This document shows, in pieces, positions 1-8,901 of a stretch of 64,000 nt of DNA (the stretch's first letter is position 1; each line of letters starts with the position of its first letter). The stretch comes from an uncultured bacterium. GTDB lineage: Bacteria > Patescibacteriota > Minisyncoccia > UBA6257 > 2-01-FULL-56-20. A model generated the notes under the pieces. That model was not told the DNA's origin. It was given only the letters and a program-made list of their open reading frames with translations, and did no database searches. The stretch is taken from positions 128,001 to 192,000 of the forward strand of contig CAWJQC010000007.1 in assembly GCA_963844965.1 (NCBI GenBank), read 5' to 3'. Both the position numbers and the translations under genes were made by a program.

Positions 1-51
1 TTTAATCGACAAGTTCAGAAACCAACTTAAACTTCATTGGAGTGTTATGTA

Positions 52-73
52 GGTGGCTTGCGCCACCTTTTTT
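52..73 (+). terminator. GC hairpin (ggtggc/gccacc) followed by a 6-T run; terminator of the upstream gene, immediately before the gap leader
   Basis: Seen in sequence: 6-bp GC stem plus T6. A TATAAT-like box lies at 76-81. Confidence 0.5.
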
Positions 74-87
74 GTTATAATAAAAGC

Positions 88-214
88 ATGAATCCCGTTA
101 GAAGCCGCGATTGCTTTATAGACCAACCACAGCTCACCCTAACAATGAACGGTCGTTTTATTAAAATTAAATTTTACAGATCGCAATTGATCGCGATCTG
201 CTTCTAACGGGATG
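88..214 (+). promoter_or_regulatory. Structured leader copy 1. The 5' arm ATGAATCCCGTTAGAAGC (88-105) pairs with GCTTCTAACGGGAT (200-213), which covers the uORF stop and the gap start codon. It encodes a 39-codon uORF beginning MNPVRS (88..207).
   Basis: Perfect 14-bp complementarity. An inner second helix is present (cgcgat / atcgcg). The uORF stop TAA at 205-207 lies 4 nt before the gap ATG at 212. A paralogous copy sits upstream of murA. Confidence 0.5.
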
Positions 215-1237
215 AAAAAAGCACGCATAGCGATTAATGGTTTCGGGCGCATCGGCAGGTTGTTTTTCCGCTCCGCTTTCGGCGCGCCGGATTTTGAAAT
301 TGTCGCCGTAAATGACCTGGGCGATTTGGAAAATTTTGTTTACTTGCTGAAATACGACACGGTTTACGGCCGCTACGCGAAGAATGTCGGCGCGAAAAAC
401 GGCAACTTGGTTGTTGACGGCAGCGAGATAAAATTTTTACAGATTAAAGACCCGGCGCAGCTTCCATGGAAGGACCTGAAAGTGGATATCGCGGTTGAGT
501 CCACGGGGCTTTTTGAGTCATACGAAAAAGCGAAAGCGCATTTGGATGCCGGCGCGAAGAGAGTGGTGCTTACGGCTCCGGCGAAAGACGATGACGGCGC
601 GCTCGGCAGGACGGTTCTTATGGGCGCGAACGATGACGACTTGAAAACATGCGCCATAACCTCAAATGGTTCCTGCACGACGAATTCCGTTTCTCCCGTG
701 ATTGAGATTCTCTCGGAAAATCCGGGAATTCTCAAGGCGACGCTCTCTACCATACACGCTTATACGGCGACGCAGAATCTGGTGGACGGTCCGGTTCGCG
801 GCGGGAAAGATTACCGGCGGGGCAGAGCCGCGGCGCAGAATATCACGCCGTCAACGACCGGCGCGGCAATTGCCGTAACGCGCGTAACACCCTCGCTTAA
901 GGGAAAATTTGACGGGGTCGCTTTACGCGTGCCGACAGCCACCGGCTCCGTTTCCGACATCACGTTCCTTGCCAAGCGCAAGACGTCGGCCGAGGAGATA
1001 AACGATATTTTGTGCAAAGCCGCCGCTTCGCCGCGCTGGCAGGGGATTCTTAAAGTGAGCGAGGACCAGCTTGTTTCCTCGGATATCGTTGGCGAACCGT
1101 ACGGCGCGATTGTGGATCTGGGTTTCACGAAAGTAATTGACGGCGATTTGGTGAAAGTTCTATCTTGGTATGACAATGAAGCCGGATATGTCGCCACACT
1201 AATAAAACATGTACAAGAAGTTGCTAAACTTATTTAG
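212..1237 (+). CDS. gap: glyceraldehyde-3-phosphate dehydrogenase
   Basis: NGFGRIGR NAD-binding motif and SCTTN catalytic-Cys motif in a 341-aa full-length ORF. Confidence 0.95.
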   Translation: MKKARIAINGFGRIGRLFFRSAFGAPDFEIVAVNDLGDLENFVYLLKYDTVYGRYAKNVGAKNGNLVVDGSEIKFLQIKDPAQLPWKDLKVDIAVESTGLFESYEKAKAHLDAGAKRVVLTAPAKDDDGALGRTVLMGANDDDLKTCAITSNGSCTTNSVSPVIEILSENPGILKATLSTIHAYTATQNLVDGPVRGGKDYRRGRAAAQNITPSTTGAAIAVTRVTPSLKGKFDGVALRVPTATGSVSDITFLAKRKTSAEEINDILCKAAASPRWQGILKVSEDQLVSSDIVGEPYGAIVDLGFTKVIDGDLVKVLSWYDNEAGYVATLIKHVQEVAKLI

Positions 1238-1357
1238 TGGCGACATAGCTGGCCGAAGGAGGGGTCGGGAGGAAAATACGAGGTTCCTCCCGTGTAGGAA
1301 ATTACTCAAAACCGAGGGTTGTGAGGGAGCGATTTGCTGTATAGCGAATCGCGACGT

Positions 1358-1412
1358 GGGCTACGTTTCCACGCTGGTAAAACACGTAAAAAAAGTAGCG
1401 GAATTAATCTAA
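1358..1412 (+). repeat. Diverged duplicate of the last 17 codons of gap (GYVSTLVKHVKKVAELI* versus GYVATLIKHVQEVAKLI*), 120 nt downstream of the gap stop and in another frame
   Basis: Peptide and nucleotide similarity to gap 1187..1237. Confidence 0.7.
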
Positions 1413-1416
1413 AGAC

Positions 1417-2019
1417 ATGTTCAAAGAATTTAAGGGCCGCGAGCTGCAACCTCGGGATATAATGATACGCGAACTGTTGCGGAATTTTGCCGGTTTGAAG
1501 CCTTTTGACAAACTGGAAATTTCTTCCAGCATTGCAGAACTAAAAACTAAAAAAGAGTTCACAGATTTAATTGAGGCCGGATCTACGGAACTTGCCCGCG
1601 ATCTGCTTTTTAACATCGCCAATTCTATGATTAAAAAACGGCTTGAATTGAGAAAAAGTGAACTGGGAAAAATAAAAGAGAAAGGCCCGGCGCCTGCGCC
1701 CGATAGAACGAGATTTCGTGATGACGAACTGGTTGAGAAGCTTATGGGAGTGCTTGAAGAAAAATTTGATGTTTCGGAGAAAGAAAGGTCTGTGCAAATA
1801 CAAAAACTGAGGACTTGGCAGCCGAAAAGCACCGAGGGAATGAGTCATGGCAAGCGTGGGCGCGACACCCCGCATACTGTTCTGCGCAAAAATATGCGCG
1901 GAGGAAAAAAAATATCGGAATTGCCGGTCAATCCAAGTGTTTTACACGCCATTGATGATGCCGAAGATGCCGAAATACAGAAGCGGATTGCCGGCGGCGA
2001 ACAAGAATCGGAAACTTAA
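1417..2019 (+). CDS. hypothetical protein
   Basis: 200-aa ORF with a charged, coiled-coil-like composition and no recognisable motif. Confidence 0.35.
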   Translation: MFKEFKGRELQPRDIMIRELLRNFAGLKPFDKLEISSSIAELKTKKEFTDLIEAGSTELARDLLFNIANSMIKKRLELRKSELGKIKEKGPAPAPDRTRFRDDELVEKLMGVLEEKFDVSEKERSVQIQKLRTWQPKSTEGMSHGKRGRDTPHTVLRKNMRGGKKISELPVNPSVLHAIDDAEDAEIQKRIAGGEQESET

Positions 2020-2020
2020 C

Positions 2021-2701
2021 ATGAGCGAGCGGAACGTCAGTTTAATACTTTTTATAATATCTTTGATTGCGATTTTCACCGCTTTCGCGTTTTACGCCGC
2101 TTTTTACTTCACGACTTCGTTTTTGATTCACGACAGCGTGAATAAAACCTTGCTTTGGAGCGGGCTTTTTGACAGGCAAATTCGGGTTCAGGCGGAGAAA
2201 AAAGTGAACAGCTCCCCCGCCGTTCCTTCGGGTCAGATTGATACCTCAAATTGGAAAACCTACCGCAACGAGAAATACGGATTTGAGGTAAAATACCCGG
2301 CAGAATTAGAGATACGCAGTCCTTCGGAGAGCCCTCTTCCCGGTGAGCTCATGATCCACATTATAGCCGATGACTATAAAAACACCGAAGAGGGACCGGC
2401 TGCGTTTTATGAAGGCAAGGATGAAATTATATGGAAAAGCCGATTGTCTCACGAAACTTCTTATAAAGTTGGCGATCAGTGCCTAGAGGGAGATTGGGGT
2501 TTCGGGACTTACAACAGGGAAGAAATAAATTGCACAGTTTTTAATCTGCATCCGTATGCGATTAAAGAGGAGGTACCCAACATTGTGGAGCTCAGTTTGC
2601 CCACACAAAATTTCGACCTAACAATAGAAATTTATTATAGAAAATACTCTGACGAAGTTTTGCAGCAAATCCTCTCCACGTTCAAGTTTATTCAAACATA
2701 A
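2021..2701 (+). CDS. membrane-anchored hypothetical protein carrying the conserved block DTSNWKTYRNEKYGFEVKYP and ending TFKFIQT
   Basis: ATG at 2021 followed by an N-terminal TM helix. It is a paralog of 5582..6304. Confidence 0.55.
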   Translation: MSERNVSLILFIISLIAIFTAFAFYAAFYFTTSFLIHDSVNKTLLWSGLFDRQIRVQAEKKVNSSPAVPSGQIDTSNWKTYRNEKYGFEVKYPAELEIRSPSESPLPGELMIHIIADDYKNTEEGPAAFYEGKDEIIWKSRLSHETSYKVGDQCLEGDWGFGTYNREEINCTVFNLHPYAIKEEVPNIVELSLPTQNFDLTIEIYYRKYSDEVLQQILSTFKFIQT

Positions 2702-2793
2702 TGCGAATCTGCGAATGTGTGCGAATGCCGTGAATGATTGGGATTTAAAATTTATTTAGAAATTAGAAATTAGTAATTAGAAATTTTTGTATT

Positions 2794-3243
2794 ATGCTCA
2801 TCTATATCGGCGCGGACCACCGCGGGTTCAATTTAAAAGAGCGGATAAAAGGTTTTCTGCGCGAACGCGGCTATGAATCTTTTGACGTCGGCAACGCGAA
2901 GTACGACGCGAACGACGATTACCCGGATTACGCCGAGAAAGTCGCGAAGGGAGTGGCGGCCGAACCGGGACGAGATAAGGGAATTCTGATCTGCGGTTCC
3001 GGAGTCGGGATGGATATCGTGGCGAACAAGTTCAAAGACGTGCGCTCCGTTTTGGCTCTTAGCACCGACCATGTTTTTGACGCCCGTCACGACGACAACG
3101 TGAACGTTTTGAGCCTGGCGGCTGATTTTATTACCGAGGAGGACGCCTTCAAGATTGTGGGGATCTTTTTGGAGACACCGTTCGCCGGAGATGCCAAGTA
3201 TAAAAGGCGGCTTGAAAAAATTTCCCAAATAGAGAACCGCTGA
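2794..3243 (+). CDS. rpiB: ribose-5-phosphate isomerase B
   Basis: IGADHRGF and ICGSGVGM motifs; 149 aa. Confidence 0.9.
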   Translation: MLIYIGADHRGFNLKERIKGFLRERGYESFDVGNAKYDANDDYPDYAEKVAKGVAAEPGRDKGILICGSGVGMDIVANKFKDVRSVLALSTDHVFDARHDDNVNVLSLAADFITEEDAFKIVGIFLETPFAGDAKYKRRLEKISQIENR

Positions 3244-3296
3244 CGGGAGATTGGAACATAAAAAAGGCCACCGCTGCGCGATGGCTGTTTTCGTAT

Positions 3297-3866
3297 TTAT
3301 TCAACGTGGACTGGCTGGCTGGCGGGAAAAACGTCACAGTGCTTTTCCTTCCAGGCAATCCATTTTTCTGAGGTTGTGGCGAATACTTTTTCGTGCATGT
3401 CCATTATTTCGACAAGCGAAAGTGGACGGTAGTTTTCGCCGCAGGGGTCCGGCACGTAGGTGGGACCATCTCCGCCCCACGACTTTCTCCTATAGAACCA
3501 ACCTTGTTCGTTCGTCGAATCCGGACCCTTGAAGAGTATCGTTGTGTCGTGCCACGATTCTTGCGCCAGCGGCATTTGTCCGAGTATTTCGGCGTGTTTC
3601 TCGTTATACGTTTTCTTGATTAGGTATGCCGTAAAACTTCTGATTTGTTCCAGTTCCAAATCCGTGGGCATGACCGAGTTAGCGTATAGCGACGCTATCC
3701 AGCCCGTGTTTGGGTGAGATGAACCAACCGGGATTTTGAATTCTGTTTGAATGCGTTCTATTTCGGATTCCGTCAAGTATTGCTTCATTTTCCCTCCGTT
3801 GATGGATGATTGGCAGAGCTGAGACAAGTTTACGCCGAATTCGGTTTTCGTGTCAATAAATGCCAT
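3297..3866 (-). CDS. hypothetical protein
   Basis: 189-aa ORF with ATG at 3864-3866 on the minus strand; no family recognised. Confidence 0.4.
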   Translation of the reverse strand: MAFIDTKTEFGVNLSQLCQSSINGGKMKQYLTESEIERIQTEFKIPVGSSHPNTGWIASLYANSVMPTDLELEQIRSFTAYLIKKTYNEKHAEILGQMPLAQESWHDTTILFKGPDSTNEQGWFYRRKSWGGDGPTYVPDPCGENYRPLSLVEIMDMHEKVFATTSEKWIAWKEKHCDVFPASQPVHVE

Positions 3867-3894
3867 GAGGTCGTTGTGCTACAATGAAACCATA

Positions 3895-4542
3895 ATGGAG
3901 GTTATCCCCGTAATAAATTGCCACGACAAAGATTTTGAGTGTGTGCTCGCGAAGGTCGCAATCGTGGAAAAGTTTCTGAAGAAAGGCGACTGGTTACACC
4001 TGGACGTTTCCGACGGACGCTTCACATTCAACAGGTCATGGAGAAATCCTACCCAGTGGGCGAACTTGCGTTCGGGATTTAACCTGGAAGCTCACCTGAT
4101 GGTTGAGGAGCCGGAGAGATATATTGAGGATTGGATCGCCGCCGGCGCGAAGCGGTTGATTATGCACGCGGAGACAATAAGCGAGCAAAGTGCGAAGCAT
4201 ATGGCGCAAAGAGCCAAACATCGCGGCGTGGAAGCGATGCTCTCAAGCGCGCCGCACACGACGTTCTCGGAACTTTGGCCATTTTTGAAATTATTCGGGG
4301 AATTTCAGGTTTTGGCCGTTGATCCGGGTCCGTCCGGCCAGAAATTTTTGCCGGTTGTCCTTGAAAAGATCAGGTTTTTGAGGAATTTCGCGCCGAGTGC
4401 TAAAATTGAAGTTGACGGAGGCATGACGCCGGAGACCGCCCGCGATGTAAGAGCGGCCGGAGCGGATATTGTCGCCTCCGCGACATATATTTTCGGAAGC
4501 AAGGACCCGAAGAGGGCGTACAAAGAACTTAGGAAAGTTTAA
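3895..4542 (+). CDS. rpe: ribulose-phosphate 3-epimerase
   Basis: HLDVSDGRF, VDPGPSGQKF and VDGGM motifs. Start chosen at MEVIPV so the gene does not overlap 3297..3866; alternative starts exist from 3850. Confidence 0.8.
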   Translation: MEVIPVINCHDKDFECVLAKVAIVEKFLKKGDWLHLDVSDGRFTFNRSWRNPTQWANLRSGFNLEAHLMVEEPERYIEDWIAAGAKRLIMHAETISEQSAKHMAQRAKHRGVEAMLSSAPHTTFSELWPFLKLFGEFQVLAVDPGPSGQKFLPVVLEKIRFLRNFAPSAKIEVDGGMTPETARDVRAAGADIVASATYIFGSKDPKRAYKELRKV

Positions 4543-4665
4543 AATGTAAAAATCAAAATGAAAAATGACAATGCAAAATGTCAAAATTGATTTTTTTTTA
4601 AAACCTTTACCATTTTTAATTTTTAATTGTCATTTTAAACTTTGATTTTTTAACTTTACATTTTT
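4541..4665. repeat. AT-rich imperfect palindrome between rpe and tkt, built from aaaatgN repeats
   Basis: The left arm (aaaatgtaaaaatcaaaatgaaaaatgacaat) is mirrored on the right as attgtcatttt...tttgatttt...tttacattt. Confidence 0.5.
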
Positions 4666-5526
4666 ATGTTGGATCTTCACGAGAAAAAAATAAGGCATTT
4701 GGAATTTATCGCGAACAAGTTACGCGAGGACGTGATTGGGATGGTTTCGGGGGCAGGTTCGGGACATATCGCTGGACCTCTCGGGATGGCCGACATCTTC
4801 GCCGCTCTTTATTTCCATATTTTGAGTCACAATCCCAAAAACCCCGGATGGGAGGGGCGCGACCGGCTGGTTTTGTCCAACGGCCATATCTGCCCTGTTC
4901 AATACGCGGCTCTTGCCCGTGCCGGTTATTTTCCGCTGGAGGAATTGAACACTTTGCGCCAGATCAATTCGCGGCTTCAGGGCCATCCGCATAGGAAAGC
5001 CTTGCCTGGGATTGAGACGACCTCCGGTCCTCTCGGAAGCGGAATTTCACAGGCAATCGGAATGGCGTTCGCGGCCCGGCTGGACGGCAAAAAATACCGC
5101 GTTTATTGTTTAACTTCCGATGCCGAACACGAGGAAGGCAACACTTGGGAAGCGTTGATGTTCGCCGGGAAGAACCGATTGAGCAATCTGACCGTTGTCG
5201 TTGACCGCAACAACATTCAGATAGACGGTTTTACGGAGAACGTGATGCCGCTTGAACCCTTGCGCGCCAAGTATGAAACGTTTAACTGGGAAGTTCTGGA
5301 GATCGACGGCCACGACTTCCGCCAAATTATTTCCGCCGTGGCCGAAGCGCAAGCGATTTACGAAAAGCCGACTGTGATAATAGCCCACACGATTCCCGGC
5401 AGGGGTGTTGGTTTCATGGAGTATGACTATCTCTGGCACAGCAAGCCGTTCAAGCCGGGGGAAGCGGAGAAGGCTTTGCGTGAATTGAGAACGTTGGGCG
5501 GAAAAATAGGAGGCGAACACGAATAG
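4666..5526 (+). CDS. transketolase, N-terminal (TPP-binding) subunit
   Basis: GSGHIAGPLGMADIF and DRLVLSNGH motifs; split-type transketolase. Confidence 0.9.
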   Translation: MLDLHEKKIRHLEFIANKLREDVIGMVSGAGSGHIAGPLGMADIFAALYFHILSHNPKNPGWEGRDRLVLSNGHICPVQYAALARAGYFPLEELNTLRQINSRLQGHPHRKALPGIETTSGPLGSGISQAIGMAFAARLDGKKYRVYCLTSDAEHEEGNTWEALMFAGKNRLSNLTVVVDRNNIQIDGFTENVMPLEPLRAKYETFNWEVLEIDGHDFRQIISAVAEAQAIYEKPTVIIAHTIPGRGVGFMEYDYLWHSKPFKPGEAEKALRELRTLGGKIGGEHE

Positions 5527-5581
5527 TTAGAAAGTAGTAGGTAGTAAGTAGAAAGTAGAACAGAAACAAAGTAGAAATACA

Positions 5582-6304
5582 ATGGAAACAAGAGAAATAT
5601 TCATGAGCAGGAAAGGTTTCGCGCCAATTTTCGTAATTCTTATCGTTGTCGTTGCTATTGCCGCGGCTGTGATCGCTGGGATTGTTGTAAAAAATACAAC
5701 AAAGAATAGGCAAGCGGTTGAGCAAGCGGCGGCGCCAGCGGAGCAATCGGCGACGGTTTCGAGTACGCCAGCCGCGGCGAGTTCAACAATCGAAGTCGTA
5801 GGTTCCTCGACTGGTTCGACAAGCTCACAGCAAGCAAGTTCGGGACAAGCGTCGGTTGATACCTCTACTTGGCAAACCTACCGCAACGAGGAGTATGGGT
5901 TTGAGGTGAAGTATCCGTCAAACTATGTTGCCGAAGAAATTTCGGATGTAGTTCACGAATTCGATCTGCTCGTCTATCCCCATGGCAATTACGGCGAAGG
6001 TGAGGAAATTCCCGGACTTAACGTATTTATTGATAGTCAGCCGCTCAAACTCATAAAGAACGTCGGAAAGACCTATTCGGATATCGAAGATTTTGTAAAG
6101 AACGAGCCAAGTTGGTTCAAAACGCCTGCGCAGTTGGTAGATTTCAACGGTATCAAGGCCGCGCAATCATTGACCGGTCAGAATAACAGATATGTTCAAT
6201 ACAATTTTATTAACGGCCAGCTGTTCTTTTCGGTGTATGTCGACCAGTTTGTTGATACTGCCGAAATCGAGAACATTGCGCGTACTTTCGAATTCATAAA
6301 ATAA
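5582..6304 (+). CDS. membrane-anchored hypothetical protein, paralog of 2021..2701 (DTSTWQTYRNEEYGFEVKYP ... TFEFIK), inserted between the two transketolase halves
   Basis: N-terminal TM helix, Ser/Thr/Ala-rich linker, and the shared conserved block. Confidence 0.55.
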   Translation: METREIFMSRKGFAPIFVILIVVVAIAAAVIAGIVVKNTTKNRQAVEQAAAPAEQSATVSSTPAAASSTIEVVGSSTGSTSSQQASSGQASVDTSTWQTYRNEEYGFEVKYPSNYVAEEISDVVHEFDLLVYPHGNYGEGEEIPGLNVFIDSQPLKLIKNVGKTYSDIEDFVKNEPSWFKTPAQLVDFNGIKAAQSLTGQNNRYVQYNFINGQLFFSVYVDQFVDTAEIENIARTFEFIK

Positions 6305-6308
6305 AACC

Positions 6309-7325
6309 GTGATTAACCTAGAGGCAAAATTATCCGAAAAAGTTTTTAAGGTAGAGGTGGAGCAAAAGCCGATTCGTGACGGCTACGGCGAGGGTCTGCT
6401 TTTGGCCGGCGAAGCGAACCGGAATGTTGTTGCATTGACCGCCGACCTCACTGAGTCCACGCGCGCGAACGCATTCGCTGAAAAATTCCCCGAAAGATTT
6501 TTTGAGTGCGGCGTTGCCGAACAGAATATGGCGGCGATCGCGGCGGGACTGGGTATTTCCGGAAAAATTCCGTTCATTTCCTCCTTCGCCACATTTTCTC
6601 CGGGGCGTAATTGGGAACAGATTCGGACAACTATCGCTTATAACGATTCCAACGTGAAGATCGCTGGGCATCATACCGGCGTGTCAACCGGTCCCGACGG
6701 CGCGACGCATCAGGCAACGGAGGATATCGCGATGATGAGGACATTGCCCAACATGAAAGTGATTGTGCCGTGCGATGCGATTGAAGCGCGAAAGGCGACG
6801 CTCGCCGCCGCGCATATTTGGGGACCGGTTTACTTGCGTTTCGCGCGCGAAAGAACTCCCATAATGACAACCGAAGCGACTCCGTTCGTGCCTGGCAAAG
6901 CTGAAATTTTTTGGGGAGACCCCTCGGCAAGCTCGGGGCGACGGCTGAAGCCGTCGGTTTTAATCGTCGGTTGCGGCAGTTTGTTGTACAACGCGCTTAT
7001 TGCTGCGCGCGATTTGGAAAGAATAAAAATCGGCACGATAGTTTTGAATTGCCACACGATAAAACCGCTGGATGAGAATAAAATCGCGGAGCTCGCGAAA
7101 AAAATCGGCGCGGTAGTTACCGTTGAGGAGCATCAGATCGCAGGCGGCCTTGGTGGTGCGGTTGCCGAGCTCTTGGCTAAACACGCACCGGTGCCGATGG
7201 AGTTTGTAGGAGTGCGCGACACCTTCGGCGAATCCGGCCCACCCGCGGCGCTTGTAGAAAAGTACGGAATGGGAGTTGATAGTATAAAGGTGGCGATTAG
7301 AAAAGTTTTAAGACGGAAGAAGTAA
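6309..7325 (+). CDS. transketolase, C-terminal subunit
   Basis: FFECGVAEQNM motif and pyrimidine-binding/C-terminal domains; 338 aa. Confidence 0.9.
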   Translation: MINLEAKLSEKVFKVEVEQKPIRDGYGEGLLLAGEANRNVVALTADLTESTRANAFAEKFPERFFECGVAEQNMAAIAAGLGISGKIPFISSFATFSPGRNWEQIRTTIAYNDSNVKIAGHHTGVSTGPDGATHQATEDIAMMRTLPNMKVIVPCDAIEARKATLAAAHIWGPVYLRFARERTPIMTTEATPFVPGKAEIFWGDPSASSGRRLKPSVLIVGCGSLLYNALIAARDLERIKIGTIVLNCHTIKPLDENKIAELAKKIGAVVTVEEHQIAGGLGGAVAELLAKHAPVPMEFVGVRDTFGESGPPAALVEKYGMGVDSIKVAIRKVLRRKK

Positions 7326-7374
7326 TCTGTCTCCGAAAGTTGGGCGAGTAAAAAAACAAATCCCCAGCCGCGTT

Positions 7375-8763
7375 ATGGATAATAATCCTATGCCAGTTCC
7401 GCCGGAATTAAGCTTGCCGCCTCGTCCGCGTTCTTCGCGAGTAAAATGGATTTTAGTCATCCTCATCGTGATTGTAGCGGTCGGCGCCGGTTTTTACTTC
7501 GGGTCAGCGAGGCGCGCTCAGGAACTTTATTCCGGCGGCACCGAGCCCGTCGGATCAATTCAGAAACTCCAAAGTAATTTTTCTTACAAGCCCTGCGTCC
7601 AAGCCAGTTCTTCGGATGCCATCGGCGCCCTCGTGAATGCCAACAATTGCTTTGCTTTCAACGCGTACGAGGATATTAAAGAATCATCCAATGGAAATAT
7701 TTTTTTCTCACCCTACAGTATCTCTGAAGCGGCCGGAATGGTGTATGAAGGAGCACGAGGCGAGACTGCGTTGCAGATACAGAACGTATTTGAGTTTCCC
7801 GATAACGCCGACGCCAGAAAATCGGCACTACTCGCAATATACAACGATTTGAATTCTACAAGCAGCGAGTATGCGTTAAATGTCGCGAATGCGGTGTGGG
7901 TAGAGCGCGATTTTCCGATTCTGGATGATTACTTGAGCACCGTCCGGCAATACTACGGCGGCGAAGCAACGAATCTTGATTTTGCCGGCAATCCCGGGCA
8001 AGCGACGGACGCAGTAAATAAGTGGGTCTCGGACAAAACCAGCGGCAAGATTCCGACGCTTTTTGACGGTCCTCTGAGCCAGCAGGCCAAACTTGTTCTT
8101 ACGGACGCCATTTATTTCAAAGGTTCCTGGGCTCACGCCTTTGAGGCCGGTCAAACGAAACCAGCGACGTTTCGCCCGATGGGAGGAGCGAGCGTTCAAG
8201 TCCCAACAATGCAGTCGGTCGGATCGGATAACGAGTACGCTTACGCCGAAACGGACGACCTCCAATTATTGGAGCTGCCCTATAAAGGGAACAAGTTGGA
8301 TATGGTGATTATTTTGCCGAAGAGCGACGATCCTTCGCACGTTGAAAGTTTGCTCTCGCCGCAAAATCTCACCGACTGGGAAAGGCAGGCTTTTAGCCGG
8401 AAGGTTGACATGTATATTCCGAAATTCACATTTAGCGAAGGATACGATCTTGGTCAGCTGCTTCAGGGGATGGGCATGACACTGGCCTTCGATTCGCATC
8501 CGGGGATAGCCGATTTTTCCGGAATTGACGGCAAAAAAGACCTTTACATTGACGTCGCAGTTCACAAAGCGTTCGTTGCCGTGGACGAAAAAGGAACGGA
8601 GGCTGCCGCGGCGACAGGCTTCGGTTTCGCTCCGACGATGGCTGTTTTCGTGCCGCCTCCGCGAGTAATTTTCCGCGCCGACCACCCGTTTATCTTTTTA
8701 ATTCAGGATGTTGAAAACGGCGACATTCTTTTCTTGGGCAAAGTCGTGGATCCTAAAAGTTAA
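7375..8763 (+). CDS. serpin-family serine protease inhibitor with an N-terminal TM anchor
   Basis: NIFFSPYSISEAAGMVYEGARGET serpin signature, a reactive-centre-loop region (EKGTEAAAATGFGF) and a C-terminal FIFLIQD motif. Confidence 0.8.
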   Translation: MDNNPMPVPPELSLPPRPRSSRVKWILVILIVIVAVGAGFYFGSARRAQELYSGGTEPVGSIQKLQSNFSYKPCVQASSSDAIGALVNANNCFAFNAYEDIKESSNGNIFFSPYSISEAAGMVYEGARGETALQIQNVFEFPDNADARKSALLAIYNDLNSTSSEYALNVANAVWVERDFPILDDYLSTVRQYYGGEATNLDFAGNPGQATDAVNKWVSDKTSGKIPTLFDGPLSQQAKLVLTDAIYFKGSWAHAFEAGQTKPATFRPMGGASVQVPTMQSVGSDNEYAYAETDDLQLLELPYKGNKLDMVIILPKSDDPSHVESLLSPQNLTDWERQAFSRKVDMYIPKFTFSEGYDLGQLLQGMGMTLAFDSHPGIADFSGIDGKKDLYIDVAVHKAFVAVDEKGTEAAAATGFGFAPTMAVFVPPPRVIFRADHPFIFLIQDVENGDILFLGKVVDPKS

Positions 8764-8901
8764 GCTCTGCGCGCGGAAAATTTTTTAAAAGCGCCGATTT
8801 TCTGCTATACTTTAATTATGTTTGACGTTGTTGCTCGGTTCTGTGAGCTAGGATAATAGAGCTAAAATTACTAAAGGCGTGACTAAAACACATAAATAAG
8901 C

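Noticed and set aside
88-214. The gap and murA leader motif as a known riboswitch class
   Set aside because: I could not match it to any riboswitch consensus I know. Only two copies are seen, and the conserved part coincides with a uORF start and the downstream start codon, so it is reported as an unclassified leader rather than assigned to a class.
373-1197. Antisense ORFs overlapping gap (373..753 minus and 811..1197 minus), and similar antisense or alternative-frame ORFs throughout, for example within leuS, the HlyD genes, tkt and glyQS
   Set aside because: They lie entirely within strongly supported genes on the other strand or frame, have biased low-complexity translations and lack motifs.
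1209-1412. 67-aa ORF downstream of gap as a real gene
   Set aside because: Its only recognisable content is the duplicated gap C-terminal peptide, so it is treated as a duplication remnant.
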